A DNA stretch of 64,000 nucleotides from positions 3,382,215 through 3,446,214 of the forward strand of contig CBDBMV010000002.1 in assembly GCA_965207665.1 (NCBI GenBank). The letters run 5' to 3'. The number at the start of each line of letters is the position of its first letter. The first letter of the stretch is position 1. The stretch comes from Vicinamibacterales bacterium (GTDB lineage Bacteria > Acidobacteriota > Vicinamibacteria > Vicinamibacterales > UBA8438). Positions 1 through 9,439 of the stretch are shown one piece after another. A program made the translations under genes and the position numbers. Under the pieces are notes generated by a model that was given only the letters and a program-made list of their open reading frames with translations, was not told the DNA's origin and did no database searches.

Positions 1-1305
1 CTCGGCCCCCTCCTCGAGCAGCGGCACGGCCAAGTCCTCCCGGTCGGGGGGCCACGCGGCTTCGAACCCCTCGAAGAGGACCGCGACCCCGGCGACGGCG
101 AGGCGCCACCCGCCAGCCTGCGCCTCAACGCGGTCCTTGCGGATCCTGGCCGGAGCCATCTGGCTCTGCAGCGCGCGCCGGCGGATCAGCTCGTAGAGTC
201 GGGCCTCGTGGCCCTCGAGCGCGGGCGCGCCGGTGGGGCCAAACGACGTCGGACGGATCGCCTCGTGGGCCTCCTGCGCGGCGCCCGCGGCCTTGAAGCG
301 GTTGGGCGGATTCGCCACGTACTCGCCGCCATAGGCCGCCGCGATCTGGGACTGCAGCCCCCGCTCGGCCTCGGCCGATAACGATACGGCGTCGGTGCGC
401 ATGTAGGTGATGGCTCCGGCCTCGTAGAGCCGCTGCGCGAGCTCCATCGTGCGTGCGACAGTGAGCTTCAAGCGGGCGCTGGCCGCCTGCTGGAGCGACG
501 AGGTCGTGAACGGCGGATGCGCCTGGCGGACCCCCGGCACCGAGCGGGCCGAGACGACGCGGGCCGTCGCCGCCGCCCGTATCGCCGCAGCTGCCTCCCG
601 GGCCGCCGCCTCCTCGGCGAAACGGTGGGCGTCGGCCGACTGTGTATCCTCGGCATCCGCGACCGGCAGCACTGCGGCGCCCCCGGGGGTCTGGAGCGTC
701 ACGGCGACTTCCCAGTACGGCGCCGGGCGAAACGCCGCGATCTCGCGTTCGCGCTCGACCACCAGCCGGGCCGCCACCGACTGCACGCGCCCCGCGGAGC
801 GCGCCTGATCGACGGCGCGGGCGACGACCGGCGAGACGCGCCATCCGACCAGCCTGTCGACGAAGCGTCGCGTGAGCTGCGCGCGCACGAGCCCCATGTC
901 GAGGCGGCGCGGCGCCCGGAACGCCTCCCGGATGGCGGACTCCGTGATCTCGCTGAACGTCACTCGGACGAAACGCTCGGCCGCGCCGCCAAGGAGCTGC
1001 CGCAGGTGCCAGGCGATCGCCTCGCCCTCCCGGTCGCAGTCCGTCGCGAGCACCACCGGGCCGGTGCGCCCAGCGACGCGGCGCAGCCCCGCCACGACGT
1101 CGCGCCTGTTCGGCGGGACTTCCCAGGTGGCCTTCCACCCGGCGGCAGGATCGAGACCTAGCGCCGCGGCGCCCTTCCGCCCGCGGCCGGCCGCCGGGAG
1201 GCCCCGAAGGTGGCCGAAGCTCGCCCGCACCAGGTAGCCGTTGCCGAGACAGCGCTGCACGGTCCGGCACTTGGCCGGCGACTCGACAATGACGAGCGTT
1301 GCCAC
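1..1305 (-). CDS. topA: Type IA DNA topoisomerase (TopA-like), C-terminus beyond window
   Basis: Not listed in the track (which shows only shadow frames here). My minus-strand translation from GTG 1305-1303 reads VATLVIVESPAKCRTVQRCLG..FGHLRGLP..LATDCDREGEAIAWHL..AGRVQSVA..PPFTTSSLQQAAS..YEAGAITYMRTD..AHEAIRPT. It runs 435 codons with no stop to position 1. The GTG overlaps the upstream TAG (TAGTG). Confidence 0.9.
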   Translation of the reverse strand, partial: MATLVIVESPAKCRTVQRCLGNGYLVRASFGHLRGLPAAGRGRKGAAALGLDPAAGWKATWEVPPNRRDVVAGLRRVAGRTGPVVLATDCDREGEAIAWHLRQLLGGAAERFVRVTFSEITESAIREAFRAPRRLDMGLVRAQLTRRFVDRLVGWRVSPVVARAVDQARSAGRVQSVAARLVVEREREIAAFRPAPYWEVAVTLQTPGGAAVLPVADAEDTQSADAHRFAEEAAAREAAAAIRAAATARVVSARSVPGVRQAHPPFTTSSLQQAASARLKLTVARTMELAQRLYEAGAITYMRTDAVSLSAEAERGLQSQIAAAYGGEYVANPPNRFKAAGAAQEAHEAIRPTSFGPTGAPALEGHEARLYELIRRRALQSQMAPARIRKDRVEAQAGGWRLAVAGVAVLFEGFEAAWPPDREDLAVPLLEEGAE

Positions 1306-1916
1306 TACGACCCCCGGTGCACGTCGCGGACGTACCCGTCCGCGGCAGGGAACCGATAGAGGTAGACGGGCCACGTCCGGCCCTCGGCGCCGTCGACCAG
1401 CACGACGCGCAGCGGTCGCCACCCGCGAATGGGCCACGTGTGGGACACGACGCGCGTGCCCGGCTCGAGGACCGACTCCAGCCACGGCACGAGCACCTCG
1501 AACCCTTCCGGCGTGAGGAACATCGTGACGACTGTCGCCCGTGAAACGACGGATGGCAGCGTCATCGCATCGGCGTGGAGAAACGTCGCGCGGGCGTTGA
1601 CGCCGGCCATCCTCGCGTTGTCGCGGGACCGCGCGACGAGCGCCTCCTGGCGCTCGATGCCGATCGCGGCGGCGCCGGCGCGGGCGGCGGCGACGACGAA
1701 GCGGTCGTCGCCGGACCCGATGTCGACCAGCGTGTCGCGCGCGCCGAGGGCGAGCAGGTCCATGACCGCGTCGACGACCTCCATCCGGCTCGGCTCGTAC
1801 ACCGACAGGGACCGGCCGACGCCCCGCCAGGAGTCGAGCACCGGATCGAGGGACCGGACCCCGCGGGCGCAGGACGGAGACGAGAACGCAAACGCCGCGA
1901 CCGCCACCGCCAGCAT
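1305..1916 (-). CDS. Class I SAM-dependent methyltransferase with hydrophobic N-terminus
   Basis: C-terminal 203 aa of ORF 1305..2240. ATG at 1916 followed by MLAVAVAAFAF. Motif I LVDIGSGDDRFVVAAARAG, then ATVVTMFL and PGTRVVSH. An upstream GTG (1973) is an alternative start. Confidence 0.75.
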   Translation of the reverse strand: MLAVAVAAFAFSSPSCARGVRSLDPVLDSWRGVGRSLSVYEPSRMEVVDAVMDLLALGARDTLVDIGSGDDRFVVAAARAGAAAIGIERQEALVARSRDNARMAGVNARATFLHADAMTLPSVVSRATVVTMFLTPEGFEVLVPWLESVLEPGTRVVSHTWPIRGWRPLRVVLVDGAEGRTWPVYLYRFPAADGYVRDVHRGS

Positions 1917-1984
1917 CGGGACTAGCGCCCTCGCGAAACGAGCGGCCTGCGCGACGAAGCGCCGGCGCCGCACGCGCCGCGCCT

Positions 1985-2329
1985 CTAGCACCGCGGCACC
2001 CGGACGAGGGTGTCGCGGCCCGGCTCGAAACGCACGCCCTCGACGACGGCCGGACCGCAGCCCGAGCGCTCCACCCGGAGCGTGTGCGCGGCGCCGCGCC
2101 TCCCCATGAACAGGAAGAACCGGCCCGCGCCGTCGGTCCAGCCCGTGACCCGCGTCCACGCCCGCGGGGCCACGACCTCCACCAGATGGGGCCGGCCTCC
2201 AAGGGGCGCGGGCACCACGCGGCCGGTGACCTGCTGCCACCGCGGACGCGTACCGACGACGGCGAGAATGACCAGGCCCCCGACGACGAGCGCCGCGATT
2301 CGCCGCAGGCCGCCCCGCAGCCGCATCAT
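1985..2329 (-). CDS. Membrane-anchored small protein with carboxypeptidase-regulatory-like beta-sandwich pattern
   Basis: Last 114 aa of ORF 1985..3007: MMRLRGGLRRIAALVVGGLVILAVV (anchor), then GRVV..VTGWTDGAGRFFL..HTLRVERSG. The ATG overlaps the upstream stop (ATGA at 2326-2329). Confidence 0.5.
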   Translation of the reverse strand: MMRLRGGLRRIAALVVGGLVILAVVGTRPRWQQVTGRVVPAPLGGRPHLVEVVAPRAWTRVTGWTDGAGRFFLFMGRRGAAHTLRVERSGCGPAVVEGVRFEPGRDTLVRVPRC

Positions 2330-2550
2330 CGCGCCCCTCCTCGGGGCCTCGCGCCCCGTCGATCCGAACGCCACCGCGGCGAGTGCTGCCGCTCGAGGAT
2401 CACGACGCCGCGCCGGATCGCGTGCCGGAGAACCTCCGACCGCGAAACGCACAGATCCGTGGCGAGCCTGTCGACGTGGTCGTACAGGACCCGCGACACC
2501 CGGACCCGCAGCGCCTTTGCGAACCGCCTCTCGCTCTGCTGCATCGCCAC
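2326..2550 (-). CDS. Ribbon-helix-helix (CopG/Arc-like) DNA-binding protein
   Basis: RVRVSRVLYDHVDRLATDLCVSRSEVLRHAIRRGVVIL fits strand-helix-helix. GTG 2550 or ATG 2544 start. Confidence 0.6.
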   Translation of the reverse strand: MAMQQSERRFAKALRVRVSRVLYDHVDRLATDLCVSRSEVLRHAIRRGVVILERQHSPRWRSDRRGARPRGGAR

Positions 2551-2562
2551 GAAACGAGTCGT

Positions 2563-4791
2563 TCACGGACCAGGCAGCGACACCTGGTCGCCGATTCCGC
2601 ACACGCGATCCGGATTCGCGCCCGCAACGGCGCCCAACCGCCGCGCCGCCTCCTCTACCGCCGGCTGCCGGGCCTGAAACGCGTCCCCCGCCGGCCGGCA
2701 GTCCCCTCCCGGCGCGCACGACACCGTCGTGCGGGGGTCGAGACCCTCCGCAAGCCGGAGCAGGCCGACAGATCCGGCCACCTTCGCGGCCCCGCGCGAT
2801 CCCGCCCGCTCCACCCAGGCGCCCCACAGCGAGTCCGCCGCCCGGCCCATGAGAAAGTCCCGGCGGCCGCAATCCGTCCATGACGACCACGGAGGCCCGA
2901 ACCGCCGCGCCTCGGCCGACACGCCGGAACCGACCTCGGCGCCGCCGTCCCACGGCGTATCCAGCTCGAGGACGCCCGCGAGGGCCGACGCGCCGCGCAG
3001 GTCCCACGAGTGCGACATCATCGAAGCGGCACCGTCGAGAAACAGCGAGGTGATGCGGCCCGTGCCGGCGGACGTCGTTACCTGCCGCCGGAACGAATCG
3101 AGACGCCGCCGGCGGGCGGTCGACACGGGGAGATCCGCGCCGCAGTCCACGCCCGCCACGGGCGCCGGATCGGCGCCTTCCGGCCAGTCCGAGCAGGGCC
3201 TAGACGATCGGTATTCCCGCAGGGCGTACGACTCGGCCATCCCCTCCTCGTGGATCAGCGGAGGGAAATCCACCGACACCGCAACGTCGAACGCGGGCGC
3301 CGCGCTCCCGGTCGGCGCCGAAGTCAAACCCGCCGTCCCGTCTTCCTTGGGACACGCGACCGGGACCGTGCCCGACCGGTAGTCGGTCCACGTGCCGGCG
3401 AGCCGGCCCGCCACCGAGGGCACCACGGCCGGCAGGGCCGGGTTGCGCACGTAGCCCTTGCCGATGAGGCACACCCCCGTCCCGTCATCACCCAGGAGGA
3501 CCCCGCCCGACTCCAGCGCGGACGCGCCCCCGCCGTCATGCCAGAAGACCCGCGCCCACGGAAGGTGAGGGTCCGTCTCCGCCGCGTTGGGCTCCCACAC
3601 GTGCTCCCACCACGTGTTCCAGTAGCCGGACTCCACCGGGCGATTGCCCGCGGGATCGAAACCCTCGCTGTCGCAGCGGCCCGGGCGCAGATCGGCCTGC
3701 GTCGTCCCCGGCGGCTGGACCGCGCCGCTCATATCGCACGCCGGGTCGTACTCGGCGTTGCTCGTGTCGACCCAGCTCCGGCGCTGGTGGCGGCGGAGCA
3801 CGATGCTCTCCCGCTCGACGCACGCCATCCCGGAACTGAATGCCGCGACCACCGGCGCGTCGGCTAGACGACGGCCGCCGCCGAGCCCCTCGCCGGGCCG
3901 CCGGTGGGGTGTGGTCACGACCCGGCCCTTTCCCTGTTGCGGCGTCTGCGGGTCCCAGTTGCCGTTCGGCCAGCCGTCGCCGGCGCCGAACGTCCCGGCG
4001 CCCGGCAGGTACCGCGCGTCGACGTTCATCTCGTCGCCGTCGAAGATCGCGCCCGCCCCCGCCGGCGACAGGCACCTCGCCGCAACGCCGGGACCGGCCG
4101 ACGCCTGGTCGACCTGGTCGCCGAGCTGCCGCGCGAACAGGCCGGACTCCGGGCAGGTGTAGCCGCTGCGGACCTCGGGTCGCCGGACCGCCGATGGCGG
4201 CTCCTCGCCGCCGGGCGCCGACGGGGGGCGCATGAACGAGGGCACCTGAGATGAGTCGGACGGCTCGACCTGCCACCTCCGCGACACCCACCGCCGGGCC
4301 TGCGCGTCGTAGCGGGAGCCGCGCTCCCACTCGACCCGGGCGGGACGCCCGCCGAAGAACGACGACACGAGGCGATCGCCGGCGGGCACGCTCGCCGCCC
4401 GGACGCCGTAGGACGCGCGCTCCAGCGTGCTCCCCCCGCGTACGGCCGCCGCCGTGAACCAGCGGTCGTACCGCTCGCCCCGCGCGCTCTCGGCCGAGCA
4501 AAACAGCCTCGGCGCACCGCCGGCGCTCCAGCGCAGGCTGTACGCGGTGACCACCGACCCCTCGGCGAAGGCCCCGGGATCCGGCCAGGGCACGGCCGAC
4601 TGCCCTCCCGCCTCCTGGATCCAGCAGTCGTGGCGCGACGCCGCTGTAGCGCGGACGCCCGCCGGAAATGGCGCGTCGCACGTCAGCAGCGGGCCCTGCG
4701 CCGACACCGGCGTCGGCGCCGGCCACAAGCCCTGGACCGCCAGCGCCAGGGCGCCGGCGCACACCGCACCACCGATGGACCGCACACGCAT
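2563..4791 (-). CDS. Large secreted protein, unknown function (742 aa, Trp/Cys-rich)
   Basis: Internal ATG at 4791 of ORF 2563..4986 gives the signal-like N-terminus MRVRSIGGAVCAGALALAVQGLWPAPTPVSAQG. Long uninterrupted frame. No domain recognised. Confidence 0.7.
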   Translation of the reverse strand: MRVRSIGGAVCAGALALAVQGLWPAPTPVSAQGPLLTCDAPFPAGVRATAASRHDCWIQEAGGQSAVPWPDPGAFAEGSVVTAYSLRWSAGGAPRLFCSAESARGERYDRWFTAAAVRGGSTLERASYGVRAASVPAGDRLVSSFFGGRPARVEWERGSRYDAQARRWVSRRWQVEPSDSSQVPSFMRPPSAPGGEEPPSAVRRPEVRSGYTCPESGLFARQLGDQVDQASAGPGVAARCLSPAGAGAIFDGDEMNVDARYLPGAGTFGAGDGWPNGNWDPQTPQQGKGRVVTTPHRRPGEGLGGGRRLADAPVVAAFSSGMACVERESIVLRRHQRRSWVDTSNAEYDPACDMSGAVQPPGTTQADLRPGRCDSEGFDPAGNRPVESGYWNTWWEHVWEPNAAETDPHLPWARVFWHDGGGASALESGGVLLGDDGTGVCLIGKGYVRNPALPAVVPSVAGRLAGTWTDYRSGTVPVACPKEDGTAGLTSAPTGSAAPAFDVAVSVDFPPLIHEEGMAESYALREYRSSRPCSDWPEGADPAPVAGVDCGADLPVSTARRRRLDSFRRQVTTSAGTGRITSLFLDGAASMMSHSWDLRGASALAGVLELDTPWDGGAEVGSGVSAEARRFGPPWSSWTDCGRRDFLMGRAADSLWGAWVERAGSRGAAKVAGSVGLLRLAEGLDPRTTVSCAPGGDCRPAGDAFQARQPAVEEAARRLGAVAGANPDRVCGIGDQVSLPGP

Positions 4792-4796
4792 GTCAC

Positions 4797-7445
4797 CTAC
4801 CCCCTCCCTCGACCGAGATCCACCGCGGCCTCGACCGGCGCCTCGCCTCGCTCGCGGGCGAGGCGCTCCTGCCGCACCTCGCGGCTGGGCGTCTCCCCGA
4901 AGCTGCGGCGGGCAATGAAGTCCACCTGGTGGTCGACCTCCTTGTGCCTCTCGAGCTGCTCTCGCCCGAGCGAGGTCTCCAGGCACTGTTGCACTCGGAC
5001 GCCCACCTCCTGGACGAGCGCGTTTCCGCGGCGGAGCAGCTCGTCGCTCACGCGGCTGGGGTCTAGCCCCCGGGCCTCCTCCGGCGGCTCGTAGGTTGCG
5101 TCGAGGCGCTCGGCCATCGCCGAAGCGAGCATGCCGGACAGGACGACGGCCTCCCGATTGCCCGGCGCCAACGTGGGGTTGCGCGCCACGACGATCGCCT
5201 TCGCCGCCCCGTAGATGAGCGCCGACTGCCGCTGCTCGTCGTCTAGACCCTCGGGGACATCCACGGCGAGGTCCCTTCCGACCCGCAGGCGGGCATCCGG
5301 GCCGTGCCGGACCCGGCCGCCCGAGACGAGCAGCATGGCCTTCACCCCGTCGGCCGGGCTGCTTGGCGCAACCGCCCCGTCCGGGTGCCTCAGCGCCCCG
5401 TCGAACGACGCCGGCCCCCTACCCTGCCACGCCTGCGCCCACACCCGGACGCCGCCCTCGCGCACCCGTTCGCGTAGGAAATCGAAGTCCGTGTCGCCCG
5501 ACCGCCGGGCCTCTGCCGCCCGATCCCTCTCCCGCGAGCACGCCTCGGTGATCGCCTGGTGGCGATCGGCGTGCAGCGCCCCAAGCATCTCCTGGACCTC
5601 ACCCTTCCGGCCTCGGCAATCGGCCCACCGATCGAGCCGGGCCGCCCGTGCCGCCGCCGACGTCGCCGCCGTCATCTCGGCTCCGCGCTGGCGCCGGTCG
5701 AGCTCCTCGGCGACCTGCACCAGGCGCCGGTGATCGGATGGCCGCGCACCGTCGGCCAGCGAACCCGCTACGCCGACGGCGACCGCGCGCGCCGCGCCCC
5801 GCGAGGAGGCCGCGGCCACCGCGATCGGATCGGCCCCGGCCCGCATGAGCCCGGCCATCAGGTGCCGGCTGCCGCCCAGAACGAGGCCGACCGCCTGCAG
5901 GCGGCGGAGGCCGCCGGACAGGCCCCAACCGAGAAGGCGCGACGAGACGCCGCCCGCCATCTTGCCCCGGCGGGTCTGGGCGAGTTGCAGCACGCGGTCG
6001 AAGCCCTGCGCACGCCGCCCCAACAGGCTCCGCGCCGCCCCGCGCGGCGCGCCCCGGACGACGGCGCGACCCGGATCCGCCGCCTCCGGGACCACCGAAC
6101 GCGCGCGCATGCGATCCAGCCACGCGCGGCCCTCCAGGCTGAGCTCCTGGCCGCCGAGGTCCCTATCGCTCGGCAGCGCCGGCGGCACCCGGCCCAACCG
6201 CGCGTCTATCTCGACACGGCAAACGGCCCCGTAGGGCCGCGTGAGCGCCTCCGCCTCCACCGCGCACGGCCCGGACCGCAGCGCCGCCCGCCCCTGCGCG
6301 AACGCGCGCTCGTCGCCGTCCGCCCCGCGGGCATCCTCGCGACACCGGGCCAGGTGGCGCGCCAGCAGATCGCCGGCCAGCGTCCGGAGCGGAGACTCCG
6401 CGGGCACCGGGGCGCCGCGCCTGCGGTAATCCCCGTCGCGCAGGTCGGCGCACAGGCCCACGAGGACCGGATCGCACCGCACGGTCTCGAGCGCCGCCTG
6501 CCGCAACGGCGACCGCTCTATCGATCGCGCCATCTCGACCATCGAATCGGGGCCGCGCGCCGCGGCCACCATCAGGGACGCCTCGGTGACGTGCCCGAGG
6601 GCGACGGCCCGCGGCGTGCCGATCAAGTCGGCCCGGGCGTCCCGCGCGGCCGACGCCCCGGCCGCACCGCCCGCGGCGTCCGCACCCGGAGCAGCCGGCG
6701 AGACCACGACCCTCGACGAGAGTCCTGCAAGCTCCGGAGCGCCCCCGAGCGCGCCGTGGACCTCCCGGACTGCTACCTTCCGCGCGGCGTCGATCTCCGC
6801 ACGGAACTGCTCGCGGGCGGCATCGACCGCACTCGTTGGCGACCCGACCGCCGCCACCTCGCCGTGCTCTGAACGCGAGCTCGCCTCCATTCGGTAGCTG
6901 TCCCCGAGGGTCTCGCGGACCTCCTTCAGGACGCTGTCGCGGACATCCTCGATCTCCTTGCGCAGCGCACGCCGGCCGTCCTCCAACTCCTCGCCGAGGC
7001 GTTGGCCGAGCGTGGCCGGATCACGCTCGCCCCGGAGCCGGTCCAGGCGTTCGTCGAACGCCTGGACGGCTGTACGGACCGCGGCGTCGAAGCAATCGAC
7101 GATGTACTTGCAGACCGCCTTGTCCGGCTGGTCGCCGGCACTCGCCAGACGCCGGGCGAGGCTATCCTCCTCATCGCCGCGGAACCGGCGCCGGGAGTCA
7201 TGGGGATCGGCATCCAACTCCCGCGACCCCGCCTGCGGCTGCCGACGAGCGGCAGCGGCCGGCCGCCCCTGCGCGACGGTGTCGTTCTCTTTTCCGCGCC
7301 GCGCAGCGGGAAGATCGCCATCGGGCACCGGCTGCGGCCGCGCGGACGGGCGCTTCTGCTCGGCAGCGCGTAGCGTCGCCCCGCCTGTCGCCGCGCGTCG
7401 GCGGCGGTCCCGCTCACCCGGCGCGCCGCTGTCGGTCAGACCCAT
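4797..7445 (-). CDS. Large hypothetical protein (882 aa) of the transfer array
   Basis: ATG start 3 nt after the upstream stop and an 882-codon frame. The charged helical N-terminal third and the C-terminal segment VLSGMLASAMAERLDATYEPPE resemble C-terminal modules of the ArdC-N-like proteins. Confidence 0.65.
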   Translation of the reverse strand: MGLTDSGAPGERDRRRRAATGGATLRAAEQKRPSARPQPVPDGDLPAARRGKENDTVAQGRPAAAARRQPQAGSRELDADPHDSRRRFRGDEEDSLARRLASAGDQPDKAVCKYIVDCFDAAVRTAVQAFDERLDRLRGERDPATLGQRLGEELEDGRRALRKEIEDVRDSVLKEVRETLGDSYRMEASSRSEHGEVAAVGSPTSAVDAAREQFRAEIDAARKVAVREVHGALGGAPELAGLSSRVVVSPAAPGADAAGGAAGASAARDARADLIGTPRAVALGHVTEASLMVAAARGPDSMVEMARSIERSPLRQAALETVRCDPVLVGLCADLRDGDYRRRGAPVPAESPLRTLAGDLLARHLARCREDARGADGDERAFAQGRAALRSGPCAVEAEALTRPYGAVCRVEIDARLGRVPPALPSDRDLGGQELSLEGRAWLDRMRARSVVPEAADPGRAVVRGAPRGAARSLLGRRAQGFDRVLQLAQTRRGKMAGGVSSRLLGWGLSGGLRRLQAVGLVLGGSRHLMAGLMRAGADPIAVAAASSRGAARAVAVGVAGSLADGARPSDHRRLVQVAEELDRRQRGAEMTAATSAAARAARLDRWADCRGRKGEVQEMLGALHADRHQAITEACSRERDRAAEARRSGDTDFDFLRERVREGGVRVWAQAWQGRGPASFDGALRHPDGAVAPSSPADGVKAMLLVSGGRVRHGPDARLRVGRDLAVDVPEGLDDEQRQSALIYGAAKAIVVARNPTLAPGNREAVVLSGMLASAMAERLDATYEPPEEARGLDPSRVSDELLRRGNALVQEVGVRVQQCLETSLGREQLERHKEVDHQVDFIARRSFGETPSREVRQERLARERGEAPVEAAVDLGRGRG

Positions 7446-7448
7446 CCC

Positions 7449-8255
7449 CTACCGCCCCGCCCAAGTGACCAACAGCGACACGAACACACCCAGCACGCCG
7501 CCCACGAACCCGCCCACGAGGGACCACCACCACAGGCCGCGGCCGACGGTGGAGGCGTCCGCCACCCAACTGCCGACGGCCTCCTTCGCCGCGAGGACTT
7601 CGGCGTGGGCGCCGCCCACGGCGTGCAGGAACTCGTCGGCGGCGCGCACGATGTCCTGCAGCCGCGTGCCGATCCGGCCGCCCGACCGCTCGGCGAGCTC
7701 CAGGCACGTCTGCGCCGCGAGGGCCGTCTGGATTAGCACGTAGGCTTGGCCCTCCATCTCCTTGAGCCGGACTTCCACGGCCGCGCCCGACGCGCCGGCC
7801 GTCCGCTGCACCTGCTCGATCACGCCCCGCAACTGGCCCGCGAGCGTCTGCGCCGCTACCGACACGCGGTCGCGGTCCTGCGCGGCCTCAATGTCCGCCA
7901 CCAGCCGGGCGACGTCCACGCCGGCAATGCCCAGCTGCGCCACGATGAGATCGGCCACGGCCTTGTCGCCGACACCGCGCAGCGCCAACAGGTCCGCGAC
8001 GACAGCGGCGGCGCGTCCGGTGTCGACGGCCGGCGCGCGTGCCTTCCCGCCCCGCTCCCCGGCGGCGGCAGCGGCGGCCACCCGTTTCTCCGGCTCCGGC
8101 CGCGGCGCGCCCGGCGCGCCGCCCCGGTCCGGATCGGCGCTTTCCGGAACGCGCCGCTCGTCGTCTTCCCGGCGGCGCCGCGCGGCCTCCTCCGCTTCGA
8201 CGAGCGCCGTCGCGGCCTCGACCTCGACCGCCGGCTCGCTCTCCATCAGGCTCAT
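7449..8255 (-). CDS. Hypothetical protein with C-terminal transmembrane anchor
   Basis: ATG 8255 overlaps the virB11 stop (ATGA). Acidic N-terminus MSLMESEPAVEVE and C-terminus GLWWWSLVGGFVGGVLGVFVSLLVTW. Confidence 0.6.
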   Translation of the reverse strand: MSLMESEPAVEVEAATALVEAEEAARRRREDDERRVPESADPDRGGAPGAPRPEPEKRVAAAAAAGERGGKARAPAVDTGRAAAVVADLLALRGVGDKAVADLIVAQLGIAGVDVARLVADIEAAQDRDRVSVAAQTLAGQLRGVIEQVQRTAGASGAAVEVRLKEMEGQAYVLIQTALAAQTCLELAERSGGRIGTRLQDIVRAADEFLHAVGGAHAEVLAAKEAVGSWVADASTVGRGLWWWSLVGGFVGGVLGVFVSLLVTWAGR

Positions 8256-9439
8256 GCCGCCTCCCGCGAAACCGGAGGCCGGCGGGGACCGCGGCTGCGC
8301 CACAGCCGGCGCGTAGCCGGACTCCGCCGGGTGTCCCCGAGCGAACGCAGCAAACCGGCGACCGTGACGGGCTCGGCGGGGCTCACGAGCAGGCCCGGGA
8401 CCCCCGCCACGCGGCGCCACCCCGACTGGGCGGCCCCGCCGCCATTCGCCGCTCCGGCCACCGCCTGCGCCTCGTCCCACAGCGTCCGGGTGCGCCAGCC
8501 GCCGGTCCGCGGCTCGTAACCGAGAACCGCGACGGCCTCCCGCACCGCGCGGACGCCGTCGACCCTCGCCTGGCGCACGACGAGCTGGAAGGCCGCCGCC
8601 ACCGAGCGGCAGACGACGTCCCATGGGAGCGCATCGCCCGCCTGCAGCGCGCAGGTCGCCAAGCGGTCGAGCGCCCCCGCGCAGGTCGACGCGTGGATCG
8701 TGCTTAGCGAGCCGCCGTGGCCCGTCACCAGGGCCTGGATCACGTCCGCCGCCTCGCCGCCGCGCACCTCGCCGAGAACAATGCGGTCCGGCCTGTGCCG
8801 CAGGGTGTGGCGAACGAGATCGCGTATGCTCACGCGGGCGTTCGCGCCCGTCCCGAAGGCGCGCCCCTCAAGTCGGAGCGAGTTGGCATGCGCCAGCCTG
8901 ATCTCGATGGTGTCCTCGATCACGACGATGCGGTCCGACGGGGGAAGCAGGCCCACGCATGCGTTCAACAGCGTGGTCTTGCCGCTGCCCGTGCCTCCGG
9001 CGATGAGGACATTTCCGTCGTGGAGCAACGTGTCGCGGACGGCCTGCAGCACGGGGCGAGGCAGCGAGCCGCCGGCCACGAGGTCCGCCGCCGACAGCAT
9101 GCACCTGCTGAACCGCCGGATCGTGATCGCCAGCTCCGTCGACGCCGGCGGGGCGGCGATCGCGACGCGGGATCCGTCGCTGAGCCGCACGTCGACGATG
9201 GGCTCGGTCCGCAGGTCCAAACCCGAACCCCGGGTGATCATCGCGGCCGCCGCCTCGAGATCGCGCCGGCTGAGGCTGCCCTCCGGCACGGGCACCCGCG
9301 AGAGGCGGCCTTCGCGCTCCACGTACAGCCGGCCGGGGCCGTTGACGATAATCTCCGACACGGAATCGTCGCCCACGAACTGCCGCAGATCGGCCAGGTG
9401 CTCTCCGATTTCGGCCAAACTCGCCTGCGTCTCGATCAT
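8252..9439 (-). CDS. virB11: Type IV secretion ATPase, VirB11/TrbB (T2SSE) family
   Basis: Last 395 aa of ORF 8252..11551. Walker A LIAGGTGSGKTTLL, IVVIEDTIEI, IVLGEVRGGEA, GHGGSLSTIHA. The ATG overlaps the virD4 stop (TGATG). Confidence 0.9.
   Translation of the reverse strand: MIETQASLAEIGEHLADLRQFVGDDSVSEIIVNGPGRLYVEREGRLSRVPVPEGSLSRRDLEAAAAMITRGSGLDLRTEPIVDVRLSDGSRVAIAAPPASTELAITIRRFSRCMLSAADLVAGGSLPRPVLQAVRDTLLHDGNVLIAGGTGSGKTTLLNACVGLLPPSDRIVVIEDTIEIRLAHANSLRLEGRAFGTGANARVSIRDLVRHTLRHRPDRIVLGEVRGGEAADVIQALVTGHGGSLSTIHASTCAGALDRLATCALQAGDALPWDVVCRSVAAAFQLVVRQARVDGVRAVREAVAVLGYEPRTGGWRTRTLWDEAQAVAGAANGGGAAQSGWRRVAGVPGLLVSPAEPVTVAGLLRSLGDTRRSPATRRLWRSRGPRRPPVSREAA

Noticed and set aside
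125-1270. 381-aa minus-strand ORF and the several plus-strand ORFs (449..808, 517..1161, 872..1237) over the first 1.3 kb
   Set aside because: All are Arg/Pro/Gly/Ala-rich low-complexity translations. A different minus-strand frame gives a textbook type IA topoisomerase across the same DNA, so these are shadow frames of high-GC coding sequence.
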